Shown: positions 45,688 to 57,012, counted from the first letter of the stretch. The stretch is DNA of 64,000 bases from a virus (IMGVR_UViG_3300020034_000004:33490-97489); one strand, 5' to 3'. Numbers and translations: made by a program. The notes: generated by a model not told the origin, from the sequence alone.

Positions 45688-46026
45688 TTACGCTACTGGT
45701 GGAGTGCCGTTCGTGTTCGGAACCGCGTAAACTCCTACCGCACCTGCTGCTGCCAAGATAATCTGAATCCACTCAACGGAGTCAATTCCGCCAATGATAG
45801 CAGATACCAAAACTGTAAGACCTGCTGCCAATACTGCCAGAATAGCCTTAGTGTAGGCAGCGCCTGGGACGTTTGGTCCAGCGAATACAGCAAGTGCTCC
45901 CACTCCCATAATCGCGACATTGACCCATTCTACGGAAGAAATAACCCCGTCACCGGTCAACGCTCCTGCAACAGCAGCCAAAACGGTTACAACTGCTGCG
46001 GCGAAAAACTTTAGATACATAGTCAT
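45688..46026 (-). CDS. Holin-like membrane protein with internal duplication
   Basis: 4 TM; duplicated GxIxSVEW...VxAxPN halves; AAGGAGG RBS. Confidence 0.7.
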   Translation of the reverse strand: MTMYLKFFAAAVVTVLAAVAGALTGDGVISSVEWVNVAIMGVGALAVFAGPNVPGAAYTKAILAVLAAGLTVLVSAIIGGIDSVEWIQIILAAAGAVGVYAVPNTNGTPPVA

Positions 46027-46079
46027 TTATATACCTCCTTTGCTCATGAGCTAAATCTATTATAGCATAGGAGATGTTA

Positions 46080-46472
46080 TTAAAGCCAAACCACTGAAAA
46101 AGTGTTAATGATTAAATGCAAGGTATTATCTGAAATAATCATCAACCATACCGCCAACCACGCGGGAGGATTGACTTCCCAATATCCTATTGTTTTACAT
46201 TCTTTCCAAGGATGCCTTACACTTTTTGGTCCAATTTGATTCTTTATCCAAATCAAATACCTTACTAAACGAAATCTATCAATTACAATATGTGTTATAC
46301 AAATTACACTCAATGCAAGAATACTCTGAGTTATCAATATATACGGTAATGTATATAATACCCCATGCAAAATAGCCGGTAACCACATTTGAGTCTTTAG
46401 CTCTGCCATCCAGTGTGGTTGTAGTAAATAATCACCAACTAGATGAGCTAGTATTATATAAAGACCAGTCAT
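46080..46472 (-). CDS. DUF3307-like membrane protein
   Basis: AHLVGDYLLQ, H, HIVID, DNTLH. Confidence 0.75.
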   Translation of the reverse strand: MTGLYIILAHLVGDYLLQPHWMAELKTQMWLPAILHGVLYTLPYILITQSILALSVICITHIVIDRFRLVRYLIWIKNQIGPKSVRHPWKECKTIGYWEVNPPAWLAVWLMIISDNTLHLIINTFSVVWL

Positions 46473-47221
46473 CCTTCAAACTTCTTCCCATCAACCACGC
46501 ATGTATTATCCTTGATTCCAACAAGACTAATATGAGGATAATCATCTACAATATGAGCAGTCGCAAATCCTGCTTGCCAATCATGCTTCATATCGTATGA
46601 CATTCCGGATGAATAAATATCTGTCATGTGACCTAATTCATATCCTCGTAACTCAATGTTAGCTAATGGATATGATTTAGCAACGAAGGACTGTCTATGA
46701 GAATGCCCCACTATCGCACTTACGTTAAACTCATCCAATACCTTACGCACCGACTCTCCGCCTTTACTTAGAGCATAGGGTCCGTGGTGCACAAAAATAT
46801 CTCCAAATCTATGTACTGGCGGATTGCTATAATAGCTAAGTTCAATACCAAATAAATCCGTTCCCCATAGCAATTCAGGAGTAATAAGTCCTTTTAGTGC
46901 TGGTGCCTTTTTATCGATATAATCATCGTACCGCTTTTCATGATTGCCGGTAGCGAAATGAATTTGAGAATTCGGAAGAATCGCACGGAGGTCTTCAAAA
47001 AACTTCTTAACCAATGGTGCATATGTGATTACAGCACCTTCAATCTCCATTGATGTTCCTTCTGAAAATCTACTCACCGGACAAGCGTCATCCAAGTCTC
47101 CCAAAATATCGACAATCTCAGGCTTTTGCCATCTCAATATATTAAACCACATATCCATCCATCTCTTATTATGAAATGGAATATGAAAATCGGACGCAAT
47201 CATCCATTTAAAGTCGCTCAT
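46469..47221 (-). CDS. Calcineurin-like metallophosphoesterase
   Basis: SDFH, GDLDD, GNHE, HG, GHSHR. Confidence 0.9.
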   Translation of the reverse strand: MSDFKWMIASDFHIPFHNKRWMDMWFNILRWQKPEIVDILGDLDDACPVSRFSEGTSMEIEGAVITYAPLVKKFFEDLRAILPNSQIHFATGNHEKRYDDYIDKKAPALKGLITPELLWGTDLFGIELSYYSNPPVHRFGDIFVHHGPYALSKGGESVRKVLDEFNVSAIVGHSHRQSFVAKSYPLANIELRGYELGHMTDIYSSGMSYDMKHDWQAGFATAHIVDDYPHISLVGIKDNTCVVDGKKFEG

Positions 47222-48140
47222 AATTGTTCCGAGCCCTTTCTTCTTTTCTTGCAAGATACACAGTTGCATCTTTATATAAATACTCCATGCCCGCAACCGC
47301 CTCTTTTCCGTTCAGCCGGATTCTCCAAATAGATTTATGCGGTATCGGTAGAGGCGTACCTAGCTCATCCGCTATCCATGACAGCAGACCATATGCACCA
47401 ACTATTTCTAGTGATGGATATCCCAGTCCGCTGATATATCCATCACCATCAACAACACCTCGGACAAAGTGTTTATTGAGTTTGTCTGGAAGATTGAGAG
47501 GTTTGTCCAAATCAATTGATTTGTTTGGAATACATCCCTTATCAATAAGGTCTAAAGCCATTTTGGCTGACCTAAGGCATACCTTTGAATACTCAAAATT
47601 TTTACCATCTCTGTTAGAATTCACAGTCATAACAATGCCAGGTCCGGAATAATTAATGTTTTCGCCAAACTTTTCTAAATGCTCTTTATCCGACTGCTTA
47701 AGAGTTATTGCAACATCTAACATTCTGGCAGACACATTCCCATCAGCAAACAGAAAACCAAGCCAATATGCCTTGGACTCTGAATCAATTACTTCAAAAA
47801 AGTCATCATTAAAAAAATGTATTCTTTGATATTCAGACTGTGTTCTTAATTCAATATCCGCAGCAATTAATCTTAACTTAATCGTTGCATGTGATACATC
47901 AAGGTCTAAAGAGATAGATTCAATAGTTTCTCCATCATTATATCTCTTGATAATTTCCTTAATGGGTAAAACCTTCCGGCCATCCCAATCTGGGAATTGG
48001 CTCTTAATAACCTTGGTAATAGAATTGGGAGATACATTAAGTGCTTTTGCAATTCTAAGAATACTCAGCCCCTGTCCAAACATATCCAAAACTAGGATAT
48101 TGTTGTCTTTACTATATCTACGATAAACCATGGCAACCAT
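47208..48140 (-). CDS. Free-standing LAGLIDADG homing endonuclease with N-terminal HTHs
   Basis: YWLGFLFADG and FVRGVVDGDG. Confidence 0.9.
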   Translation of the reverse strand: MVAMVYRRYSKDNNILVLDMFGQGLSILRIAKALNVSPNSITKVIKSQFPDWDGRKVLPIKEIIKRYNDGETIESISLDLDVSHATIKLRLIAADIELRTQSEYQRIHFFNDDFFEVIDSESKAYWLGFLFADGNVSARMLDVAITLKQSDKEHLEKFGENINYSGPGIVMTVNSNRDGKNFEYSKVCLRSAKMALDLIDKGCIPNKSIDLDKPLNLPDKLNKHFVRGVVDGDGYISGLGYPSLEIVGAYGLLSWIADELGTPLPIPHKSIWRIRLNGKEAVAGMEYLYKDATVYLARKEERARNNYERL

Positions 48141-48161
48141 CTACAACATTCAACTTATATC

Positions 48162-48935
48162 CTACCTGTGTTTACCGCGAACTCCCATGGAGTCGCGTAA
48201 TACCCTAAGGAAGTTAGTGTTCTCCCTGTCTGCATTCTTGTATCCTAGAGCGTACCCGCCCCAAAGAGCAAAAAGCATTAAGGCTATTAGAAGCAATAGA
48301 CTTATTAATCCTATACCGGCGGCCTGGAAGGTTGTTACTCCTGGCAGTTGAATCCTGCGTTCCGTTGGAACTGCAGTCGATATTGTCGTTGGCACTACTG
48401 TACCACGAGTAACCGTTTCCTGTCCAATAGATACAGATTGTGACGGAGATAATGTTATCACGTTGGTCACCGGAGGCCCTGTTCCTGTTGATGTCACAAT
48501 TTGTCTAATGGTGATTGTTTGTGTTGATTTCGGTACCATAGCAGTCTGCCCTGGCACCGTCAACGTTGCTCCTGGCAACCTGACTGTTTCTGCTGGTAAT
48601 GTAACAGTTCTTCGGGGTTGAATCAAAGTACGCACAATTGGCGGTAATGTAACAATCTCAGTTACTCTAGGTAGCAGTCGAGTTACAGTTATTCTGGGCA
48701 AGGATACTGTTTCTCTTGGAAGAGTAATTGTAATACCAGGGAGAGTAACGGTTGCATTAATCCCTACACATGGAGGATTGATAATTGGCGGTAGACAAAT
48801 TTCAAGGTTTTCACTTTGCGGTGTAGCCATAGCCTTTTCTCTACCGGCGGCTTCAGTACTTATAACCGCGAACATGGCAGTAAGCAAGATAACTAATGAG
48901 GTCACAGCTATAATTCTGCATTTCATATGTGTCAT
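48162..48935 (-). CDS. Membrane protein with Thr/Val/Pro-rich repeats
   Basis: Signal/TM, repeated TVTLP units, C-terminal TM. Confidence 0.7.
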   Translation of the reverse strand: MTHMKCRIIAVTSLVILLTAMFAVISTEAAGREKAMATPQSENLEICLPPIINPPCVGINATVTLPGITITLPRETVSLPRITVTRLLPRVTEIVTLPPIVRTLIQPRRTVTLPAETVRLPGATLTVPGQTAMVPKSTQTITIRQIVTSTGTGPPVTNVITLSPSQSVSIGQETVTRGTVVPTTISTAVPTERRIQLPGVTTFQAAGIGLISLLLLIALMLFALWGGYALGYKNADRENTNFLRVLRDSMGVRGKHR

Positions 48936-48952
48936 TGTATATTAGATTCTAC

Positions 48953-49234
48953 CTAGTTGCAACCCTTGTTCCAATTACAGATTGCATGTGCTGGAGCAAC
49001 ATTGTCCCATGTATGGGTCCCTCCTTTAGCAAGGGGGATTATATGCTCTACCGTCGCCGCCCAGTAATTAGGCTTCCTCACATACTTATCAATCTTATTG
49101 TGGCAGATGTGACACATCCAGCCATATAATTCAAATAATGTTAGGTGGTCAATGTCATCACCTTGTGCATATACAGCACGTCTTCTAGGAGAGTAGTATT
49201 TTACTCTACCAGCCCTTTCGCCCACATACAACAA
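48953..49234 (-). CDS. HNH endonuclease
   Basis: CHIC, EHIIPLAKGG, HAICN. Confidence 0.8.
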   Translation of the reverse strand: MLYVGERAGRVKYYSPRRRAVYAQGDDIDHLTLFELYGWMCHICHNKIDKYVRKPNYWAATVEHIIPLAKGGTHTWDNVAPAHAICNWNKGCN

Positions 49235-49278
49235 CTCTTTCTACATGGTATTACCCAGGAGAAGTCTTGAATCGTTGG

Positions 49279-49830
49279 TTACTTCTTCTTTCTACCGCCT
49301 TGATGATGATGTCTATCTCCGGTTTGATACAGCTTACTTGTTACGGCTCCCGACAAATGACTCCATGTTTTTCCAGTTATTGCTCTACTAATTGTCGACT
49401 GATTGAGTTGTAATTCTTCAGATAAGCTTCGTACAGTTCTGCCTTGACGGAATTCGTTTCGACAATATTTAACTAATTCTTCTGTTAATTTTGATGATGT
49501 ATTTAGCTCTCCCAATTCGCCGAGGACTTTACCAAGACCTTTATTCTTTCGGTCATTCATATTATCTTTGTTTGTTCCTAGGAACAAATGGTCTGGCCTA
49601 ACACATTTTCTATTGTCACAATGATGACAAACAAAAATTTTCTTAGATTCTATTTCGCCGTATGTAATCTGATATATAAATCTATGTGCAGAAACTGGGC
49701 CTGTGGAGCTAGTCCAAAATTGACCATATCCAGTATTGAATAATCCAGCAATCCATTCCCAACAATCTTCTGTTTTATTTACACTAGCCCAAAATCTAGC
49801 CAGTTCTCTGTTTGTAATGTTCATATTCAA
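49279..49830 (-). CDS. HNH homing endonuclease
   Basis: CWEW, AHR, CHHCDNRKCVRPDHL.GT..N. Confidence 0.9.
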   Translation of the reverse strand: MNMNITNRELARFWASVNKTEDCWEWIAGLFNTGYGQFWTSSTGPVSAHRFIYQITYGEIESKKIFVCHHCDNRKCVRPDHLFLGTNKDNMNDRKNKGLGKVLGELGELNTSSKLTEELVKYCRNEFRQGRTVRSLSEELQLNQSTISRAITGKTWSHLSGAVTSKLYQTGDRHHHQGGRKKK

Positions 49831-49864
49831 ACCATATCATAACAACATTACAAAGTCAAATACT

Positions 49865-50296
49865 TTAAAATCCCCCGGCGTACCAGTTCACGTAGAAATT
49901 ACGTTCGATTTGTAACTTATTCATATATGTATAGCAAGCAACCTGACACTGGAAACCTCTGTGGTCAGGATGCAAAACACCAATGCCATTTACAACGGCA
50001 AATGTTCTAAGTTGGAAAGTAACAGGAGTTAGGACAACAATGGGATGACAAGCCGAAGAAAAATAATTACCAAAATATGCAGTACGTTCTTGTGTACCCA
50101 GTTTTGATGCAGTGAACAACATCATACCAAAAGCAATCTTAAGACCGACAACACGTCGCACACCATGCGCATTGTATGTTGCACTGGTCTTGTTTTCAAA
50201 TAGCCATTGAGCGTTGTTAGCTACCTGGTCCATCTTGGCATCAGATACTATCTCATTGGGTTGCCAAGATACGGCTCTAAAGGGCGTCGCAGCCAT
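49865..50296 (-). CDS. Putative minor tail/virion protein
   Basis: End of the tail module; VNWYAGG C-terminus. Confidence 0.6.
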   Translation of the reverse strand: MAATPFRAVSWQPNEIVSDAKMDQVANNAQWLFENKTSATYNAHGVRRVVGLKIAFGMMLFTASKLGTQERTAYFGNYFSSACHPIVVLTPVTFQLRTFAVVNGIGVLHPDHRGFQCQVACYTYMNKLQIERNFYVNWYAGGF

Positions 50297-50697
50297 TAGT
50301 TAAGTGGTTCTCCTAAGGTATGTAGTTTGATATCTTCATTAGAGACAGTTAAGGCTTCATCCTTACTGGCATTGATTCTTTCCAACGCATCTGGACTGGT
50401 AATCCATCTTCTCTTATTATCTTCTATCAAGTACATTTTACCATCGGCAATATTATAAATCAAGCTGCCTTGACGGAACCCCAACTTATTCATGATTCTA
50501 TAATTAGATACCGCTTTTTCGCTGGTTTCAACAATTCTATGAAATTTCCATGAATCTAAAACTTGCTTAGAGGAGATGCGAAGTCGAAAGGAATTAGACT
50601 TAAGATAAAAGTACCCCCTCTCGGTGGATACAACCGTTCCGAGAGGGTACACTGTTGGCTTATTCGGTAGATTTCTTTGAACTGTTTTCTTGAACAT
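50296..50697 (-). CDS. Hypothetical protein
   Basis: 133 aa with two internal repeats. Confidence 0.65.
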   Translation of the reverse strand: MFKKTVQRNLPNKPTVYPLGTVVSTERGYFYLKSNSFRLRISSKQVLDSWKFHRIVETSEKAVSNYRIMNKLGFRQGSLIYNIADGKMYLIEDNKRRWITSPDALERINASKDEALTVSNEDIKLHTLGEPLN

Positions 50698-50971
50698 CCT
50701 TGGCTTCCTTGAATTCTACTAAACTCTGTTTTAAGTCTTCATTCTCTACATGCATTTTATTTAATAGTTCATTATAAGTCTCATGTTCAACTGTGAAGTC
50801 AGCACGTAAATCGGCTATGCGTTCTTCATAATCAGAGGTTAGCTGCCCTATTCTTTGCTTAAGTGCTACCACCTTTAATTGGTCTTTTGTTAGTTTTTCT
50901 TGTTCTTCAGACACTCTTAACCTTTCTTCTTCTCTTAATTTCATTGTAAAGACCGACACTTTTCTTGTCAA
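50660..50971 (-). CDS. Coiled-coil hypothetical protein (true start probably internal)
   Basis: Heptad pattern; a TTGACA-17-TACAAT promoter overlaps the ORF-track start. Confidence 0.6.
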   Translation of the reverse strand: MTRKVSVFTMKLREEERLRVSEEQEKLTKDQLKVVALKQRIGQLTSDYEERIADLRADFTVEHETYNELLNKMHVENEDLKQSLVEFKEAKDVQENSSKKSTE

Positions 50972-50998
50972 GTCCTGTTATAAGACTGTTACCATTCC

Positions 50999-53900
50999 TT
51001 AACCTCTGTGATAAATAGTTAAGTTCCCAGTATTTGCATGCTCACCTTTACCGGTCAGCGGTGCGTAGTCTCCTGATGCATCGTAGATAGCCATTCCCTT
51101 ATAGGTTCCATCTGCGAATAGTGAATACCAAGCTGCTGGTACTGTAACAATTATACCCTCAGATGGATTCAAATTCACAATATTAGACCCTTCAGGTCTT
51201 CCTGTTACAACAATAGAAGGAATACCTGCTGGCTTGGTAGTATGCAGATGAGGGAATAGGTTGATGCTTGCACCTCCACCAAGACCACCCGTTGGGCGAC
51301 GCAACATTGCCATCTGAATCTTCGTTGGGATTCGGGCGGTACCCAAACCGCCAGCCAATAGATAATCTCTAATCAGTGTACCATAGAACCATAGTCCACG
51401 GTGAACATCATTATTACCACTCCATTCACCTTGGATAGGTGCGTCTCCATCGGTTCTCCAAACACCACCGGAACCTGAATGCCATGAACCAGTAGAGTTT
51501 GCACGAATATTTAATGGAGATGCTAGTAAATATCTGCTTGCTGTGCTGGAACCAGATGCAGCAACTATGCCTGCTTTGTTTAGGGAATAAGCCTTGATGT
51601 ATATTGTTCTGTTTACCGGCAAATTTCCAAGCAAGAAGGTCTGTGCTGCGTTGTTAACTGTCTGAACAACAGTTGTCCAGCCATCAGTTGATGATGTTGG
51701 GGCGCGGTCAATTCTCCAAACAATTCTCAACTTGTCATTGTCGGTGTCGTTTGGATTCGTCCAGCTAAGCTTGTATGTTCCATTGGCCGTTCCTGACGCA
51801 TAAGCTGTAATTGTAATTGTTGATGGTGATGTCGCTGCACCAATTACAACTGGGTTAGAGCCGTCAGCATTTGGAACGGTAGCAGTTGGACCAATTGTGA
51901 AGTTTAATCCATTTAGAGGAATAAAATCAGCGCTCGTTAACATCGGAGGACCAGCACCTAAACGGGCTCTTGATAACACGACCGTGCCATCAGTATTGAC
52001 AATCAAAATTGCGTTGTATTGGGCCGCCACACTGGCATCAAACAATCCAGCGGTTAGATATTGCTGTGTCAATGGCCTATGTCCCACCGGCAAGGTGAGA
52101 AGTGTAGCACCTTGATTGATGTTGCCAGCAACATCAATCAAGCCTCTTAGGGTAACAATTCCATTATTAACCTGTGATGCAATTGATTGTGTAGATGCGA
52201 AGCTGGTAACGTTAGTTCCAACTGAAACTGGGGTAACCCAGTTAGGTTTCCCATCAACTCGTAAGGAACCATAAACATGCAAATCCTTAGCTGTCTTGGT
52301 TACTTCAGGATTGGTTGGGTCGACATTTGAACCAATACGCATAGTTAATTGCTGGCTAGTATTATAAATTAGAATTGTATTGGGGAATGTCGTATCTGCT
52401 CCATCTAACATGTAAATAATTGGACCAGAATTAGCACCTGCTGCATCAGTGATTCTGAAGCCCATATATGAATTACTATCTGTAGCAACTTTTTCAATGA
52501 TACCGGTCGAACCCTGGTTTTCAATGAAAATAGAAGTATGCCTTGGAACAAAATCAATACCCGGTTTCCAAGTGTTGGTTGGAAGTTGAGGAAGTGTCGT
52601 GATAGTATTACCAACTACTAGACTTCCTCCAACCACCGTACCGGCTCCAGGCATTCTGAAGGTTGTTGGCATCTGTGGTTTAAATGGTCCAATGAGGCCC
52701 ACTTCCAATTGAGCATCATCGAAATAAACTACTTGACCAGCGCCGGTTGCATAGAATCCAAGCTGAAGTTCAATTATAACAATATCTTCATCAATAGATG
52801 AAGTTAATGCTGCTTCCTGAACATATCTGTACCAAACATCACTATCGGGGTATAGATTTTCAACACCGAATCCACTAGTCCAAATCTCTGTATTGTCTGC
52901 GTCCTTCGTTAATATAGAACTACCAACATCTACGTCATATGTGGTGCGAGCAAACACCGATGATGTCAAATCAAATGTTCCCAACATGTCAGGGTAATCA
53001 GCAACTTTAATTCGCATTATTGCGAAACAATATCCTAATGCAGTTGATGTTAGTTTTAGTGACCTGTTTCCAAACCCCTCATGAAATACTGCATCATCTT
53101 GAGTCATTGTGCCGTTAATTACTTTAACAGCGTAACGTTCGGTATCGAAATGGACATCGGTTGTTGCGGTAAAGACAGTCTGCTCAAATGAAGAGTTGTA
53201 AAGCATGTTAGCATTCTTACCACGAATCTTGAATGCATCCCTGATTGGATTATATGAATTGAAGAAGGTTTGCGGTGGGGAAATCATAATGGTATGAGTC
53301 AGGTTGTTTGTTGCATCCTCATACTCAGTCATCAGTGCAGGATAAATTTCATCATCTCCACCAGAGTACCAGCGAATCATGTGACCGAAATCATCATCTG
53401 GAACGTCTTCAATTGTAATAGCCCTGATTCCACTACTAAAGTCACCAGATGCGGTAGAAATCTTCTTGGGTGTTAGGGTGTTGGACGCTTCAATGGTGAA
53501 TGCGTCTAATTCAGCTACCAAGCCAATGTCAGATGCGCCGACATCATCAATATTGACTTGAATAAACGGAACAATCTTGGTTACATTGAAATGGATTGGT
53601 GCTGGGTCATATGGGTCTAGATGTTGACTTGGTGGTAGGAATTCTTCTACATCCTTACCGCCCAAATATCCAGAAACCTCTACCCATCCACCAACTTCAT
53701 CTGGACTACCTTCAAATAGCGCTAAATTGCTTTCTGCATCGGCAGCAACCATATAATGGTCGGCTGGGTCATCGCTAGTCGTACCGTCGGCAGCACACAA
53801 GTCTCCATCGATATCGATACCCAAAACACCAACGCGATACTTGTATTCGTTATTCTGCTGAGAAGGTGAAGCGTTTGCAGCACCATTCCAGGTAGAACCA

Positions 53901-55798
53901 GAAGTCGCACCGTCGAAATAAGAAACAACAGATGGCGTCTCGGTCACCATTGCTTCATCCATGAATACCTCAACAGTCTGCGCGCCTGTGTGTGTGTTAA
54001 CCGCTAGCATCATCATTTGAATCTTAGCAGCATTGGACTCTGCGGTATAAGTACTGGTTACTCGTGTCCACTGACCAGCTACAAGCGTTATCTGTGGTCC
54101 ACCGAAGAATGGATTAATCGAGCTACCAGCCGCGTCGTACGTTGCCAACACGATAGTACCCTTGACGTTGGAACCAGTCTGTAGATACATATAAACGGAT
54201 GCGGTGTATGTCTTGCCACCAGTAACAACAATTGGATGTGATGAATCGGATGGCTCTACTCCTGTGTGACCATTGTTAGCTGTCCACTTAGGCAGGGACG
54301 TATGAGATACCTTTTGAGAGGTAGTACCCGACCTAACAGGAGTTGATGCTACTGAAACTGTCAGGACCCCACCGCCTGACCAGAATGCCTGTGACGCCCA
54401 GAAATCCGCAAGACCAGCGCCCGTGGTTGCGCGATAGGCATTCGGGTTGGACAAGAAGTTAATATTTGGTCCCGTTAGCTGACGCAAACGGGCTGTAATC
54501 TTATAAACTAGACTTGGGTCATAAGGAATACCAGCATTAAGACCATTGGATTTACGCCTAATAGATGTCTTACCAGTCATTTGGATTAGAGACTTAGCTG
54601 TGTATGCACCTTCAGAATCACTTACTCCGGCAAATACACCGGTCTCATATGGCGTACCGCCCTCTTCTTCTTCTTCACCATCAGTAGTGTGGCGTCCCCA
54701 TAATGCGGAATCCTCCATAAAATCAGAGAATCTGGTTGCTAACATGGTCTGCGTAGCATAGTCAAATTTACCGATATTCAATGAGTTAACAGCTAGGTTT
54801 CTAAACTCTGCGTAACCGTCACCACGAATAATCCAACCAGTCGTTCCAATCTCATAATTGGCAGAACGAACAACAGTTTCGGTAATCGGAATAGCATTGC
54901 CATCTTCATCAGTAGGGGCACTACCATCACGAGATGCACCCAGAATCAAGGATGACTTGACTACGATATTATCAATAATTCCAGAGCCAGCCACCAATTT
55001 GTTAGCTTCTAGATAGTCAATAAATGCAACGTTAATAACCGCATAATCTGCGAACAAACCAGGTGTTGCTGAAGTAACGGCCACTGCATCAGAAGCTGGG
55101 GAAACGTTTCCACCGATGTCTTCTGCAACGACAACAATGCTTTCAGATACATATGCGGCATATGTGAAAGTTCCAGATACCGCAAACACATCCGATGGAC
55201 GCACAGCTATTGTGGCAATTGGAGTCACTAGGTCTGAAGCTACATAGACTCGCAATTTATCAACGTCAGTGTCTAGTCGAGCACCAGTATCGTCCTTAAG
55301 GTCATGACGAACAAAGAAGATGTCACCTTGCTTCAATAAAATAGGGTCACTAGGCTTCTCTGGGTCGGTATCAATACCAAACACACGGGTCGTCCAACCA
55401 GACTCATTACCACTCTGGTCTACAATGCGTACCCTGAACCCGACATTGCTCTTATACAAACCAAATACAGTTACGTTGTATTCATATGTGAAAGTTAAAT
55501 TCTCTACCCCGGTTTGGTAGAATGCAGTCACACCATCCGAATATGCTTCTACTTCGAAATATGCGAAGTCCTTCATCACAGAGCTATCAGTGTTTGCACC
55601 AGAATGGTCCCATGTGACTACACTGGACGTGCCATTTTGAATAACTACTAAGTTGAATGGGTCTGTTGGCGCGATATCGTCAATGATTGTCTCAACTTCG
55701 TATAGGCGAGTCCATTCGGACACCGCCTGGCCGTCATTTGAGCGCACCTGGATTTTATAATCCTGCCCAGGCTGCAAATCGTTTACAAATAATCTCAT
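50999..55798 (-). CDS. Large tail fibre/minor tail protein with FN3 and carbohydrate-binding-like domains
   Basis: FN3-like N-terminus; CBM-like YTASVY...WTRV; YFDG motif; position in the tail module. Confidence 0.8.
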   Translation of the reverse strand: MRLFVNDLQPGQDYKIQVRSNDGQAVSEWTRLYEVETIIDDIAPTDPFNLVVIQNGTSSVVTWDHSGANTDSSVMKDFAYFEVEAYSDGVTAFYQTGVENLTFTYEYNVTVFGLYKSNVGFRVRIVDQSGNESGWTTRVFGIDTDPEKPSDPILLKQGDIFFVRHDLKDDTGARLDTDVDKLRVYVASDLVTPIATIAVRPSDVFAVSGTFTYAAYVSESIVVVAEDIGGNVSPASDAVAVTSATPGLFADYAVINVAFIDYLEANKLVAGSGIIDNIVVKSSLILGASRDGSAPTDEDGNAIPITETVVRSANYEIGTTGWIIRGDGYAEFRNLAVNSLNIGKFDYATQTMLATRFSDFMEDSALWGRHTTDGEEEEEGGTPYETGVFAGVSDSEGAYTAKSLIQMTGKTSIRRKSNGLNAGIPYDPSLVYKITARLRQLTGPNINFLSNPNAYRATTGAGLADFWASQAFWSGGGVLTVSVASTPVRSGTTSQKVSHTSLPKWTANNGHTGVEPSDSSHPIVVTGGKTYTASVYMYLQTGSNVKGTIVLATYDAAGSSINPFFGGPQITLVAGQWTRVTSTYTAESNAAKIQMMMLAVNTHTGAQTVEVFMDEAMVTETPSVVSYFDGATSGSTWNGAANASPSQQNNEYKYRVGVLGIDIDGDLCAADGTTSDDPADHYMVAADAESNLALFEGSPDEVGGWVEVSGYLGGKDVEEFLPPSQHLDPYDPAPIHFNVTKIVPFIQVNIDDVGASDIGLVAELDAFTIEASNTLTPKKISTASGDFSSGIRAITIEDVPDDDFGHMIRWYSGGDDEIYPALMTEYEDATNNLTHTIMISPPQTFFNSYNPIRDAFKIRGKNANMLYNSSFEQTVFTATTDVHFDTERYAVKVINGTMTQDDAVFHEGFGNRSLKLTSTALGYCFAIMRIKVADYPDMLGTFDLTSSVFARTTYDVDVGSSILTKDADNTEIWTSGFGVENLYPDSDVWYRYVQEAALTSSIDEDIVIIELQLGFYATGAGQVVYFDDAQLEVGLIGPFKPQMPTTFRMPGAGTVVGGSLVVGNTITTLPQLPTNTWKPGIDFVPRHTSIFIENQGSTGIIEKVATDSNSYMGFRITDAAGANSGPIIYMLDGADTTFPNTILIYNTSQQLTMRIGSNVDPTNPEVTKTAKDLHVYGSLRVDGKPNWVTPVSVGTNVTSFASTQSIASQVNNGIVTLRGLIDVAGNINQGATLLTLPVGHRPLTQQYLTAGLFDASVAAQYNAILIVNTDGTVVLSRARLGAGPPMLTSADFIPLNGLNFTIGPTATVPNADGSNPVVIGAATSPSTITITAYASGTANGTYKLSWTNPNDTDNDKLRIVWRIDRAPTSSTDGWTTVVQTVNNAAQTFLLGNLPVNRTIYIKAYSLNKAGIVAASGSSTASRYLLASPLNIRANSTGSWHSGSGGVWRTDGDAPIQGEWSGNNDVHRGLWFYGTLIRDYLLAGGLGTARIPTKIQMAMLRRPTGGLGGGASINLFPHLHTTKPAGIPSIVVTGRPEGSNIVNLNPSEGIIVTVPAAWYSLFADGTYKGMAIYDASGDYAPLTGKGEHANTGNLTIYHRG

Positions 55799-56631
55799 AT
55801 GGTTATTGGTAGTGAGAACTCAACGTCCTGCACTCTTCCTTCTACTTTTGTTAGTGGTGATGGCAGCAATTCTCTTGCCACCATCACATACTCTGGATTG
55901 ATAGTATCTAAGTCTTCGATTCTAATACCGTCGAAATCTACCTGTGCTGCGCCACCTCCAGTAGCCACAACCTCCACTTCAAATGCTGTAATATTGGTCC
56001 AGCTAGGCGTTCCCGTGGCCACGGCGGTACTCTTTGCAATCGATACGATTCGATAGCCCGTAGTGGTTGGAGAAGAAAGCGTGAAGGTAAAGTAATTAGC
56101 GCCATCGGTTTTAAATCTAACTCTAATTGCTGATACATTAGCATTATTATTGTAAAAAGCAACCACAAACGAATCGGCTCCTGAATTCCCGGCGAAATCA
56201 GAGAACATGTCTGTCAATGTAGATGTGACTGTAGCTGATGTTGCTGGTGCAATTCTTAGGCTGTCTTCACCGATTCTTGTATTGGTGCTAGCAAATGTAC
56301 CCGCGCTCCAGGTTTCTGAATTGGAGTCGAATGAAGTCAATAGTCTAGATGTATATTCACCTGCTGCACTATTAGTTGTTTGAGACCATAAACCTACTTC
56401 ATAGATGTTCCCGGCGAATTCCTGTGGAATAGATGCCTTAAAAATAAGCTTGTTATTAACAAAGTCATAAGATTTAAGAATGATATCTGCTCTACCCACT
56501 TCAAATTGCAATGAAGTATCATTGGTATCTTCTGCTTTACCGCCCAAACCAATAGCGATGCTCTTGGCAATGTCAGACACCTGCCCTGCCATGAATCGCT
56601 TGATGTGAGTTTTTCCTTGTACTGTCAGCAT
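55795..56631 (-). CDS. Minor tail protein
   Basis: Tail module; EVGLW motif. Confidence 0.7.
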   Translation of the reverse strand: MLTVQGKTHIKRFMAGQVSDIAKSIAIGLGGKAEDTNDTSLQFEVGRADIILKSYDFVNNKLIFKASIPQEFAGNIYEVGLWSQTTNSAAGEYTSRLLTSFDSNSETWSAGTFASTNTRIGEDSLRIAPATSATVTSTLTDMFSDFAGNSGADSFVVAFYNNNANVSAIRVRFKTDGANYFTFTLSSPTTTGYRIVSIAKSTAVATGTPSWTNITAFEVEVVATGGGAAQVDFDGIRIEDLDTINPEYVMVARELLPSPLTKVEGRVQDVEFSLPITI

Positions 56632-56981
56632 TATGTCTTTGTCACCCTTACATCAAAACCAATAACACCGTCGACATCATCAACAGATAACACTAAGTCA
56701 ACAACCTGTCTGCCGTCCGGGCTGGTTCGAATTCTTTGGTCAACAATTATCACATTCTGAGGAATGGCTGGAGCGTCGTGAGAGATTTCTCCTGACTCGG
56801 AATCTTCATCAGCCGCAGCGTCGTTGTAAATCTCTACAACATCAGAATCGGGAGCTAACGTTGAAGGTAGCGGTCCTGGATTGTCAGCATCCTCATAGAT
56901 AAAACTGTCCAATCCCTCTGGAATATAGAAGTTTGGGTCAATTACTGTTTTTTCTGGTGTAGTGCTGGTATTTGTTGACAT
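56631..56981 (-). CDS. Minor tail/hypothetical protein
   Basis: 116 aa, coupled. Confidence 0.6.
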   Translation of the reverse strand: MSTNTSTTPEKTVIDPNFYIPEGLDSFIYEDADNPGPLPSTLAPDSDVVEIYNDAAADEDSESGEISHDAPAIPQNVIIVDQRIRTSPDGRQVVDLVLSVDDVDGVIGFDVRVTKT

Positions 56982-57012
56982 ATACTAATTATATTATTAC
57001 ACCAAACATAAG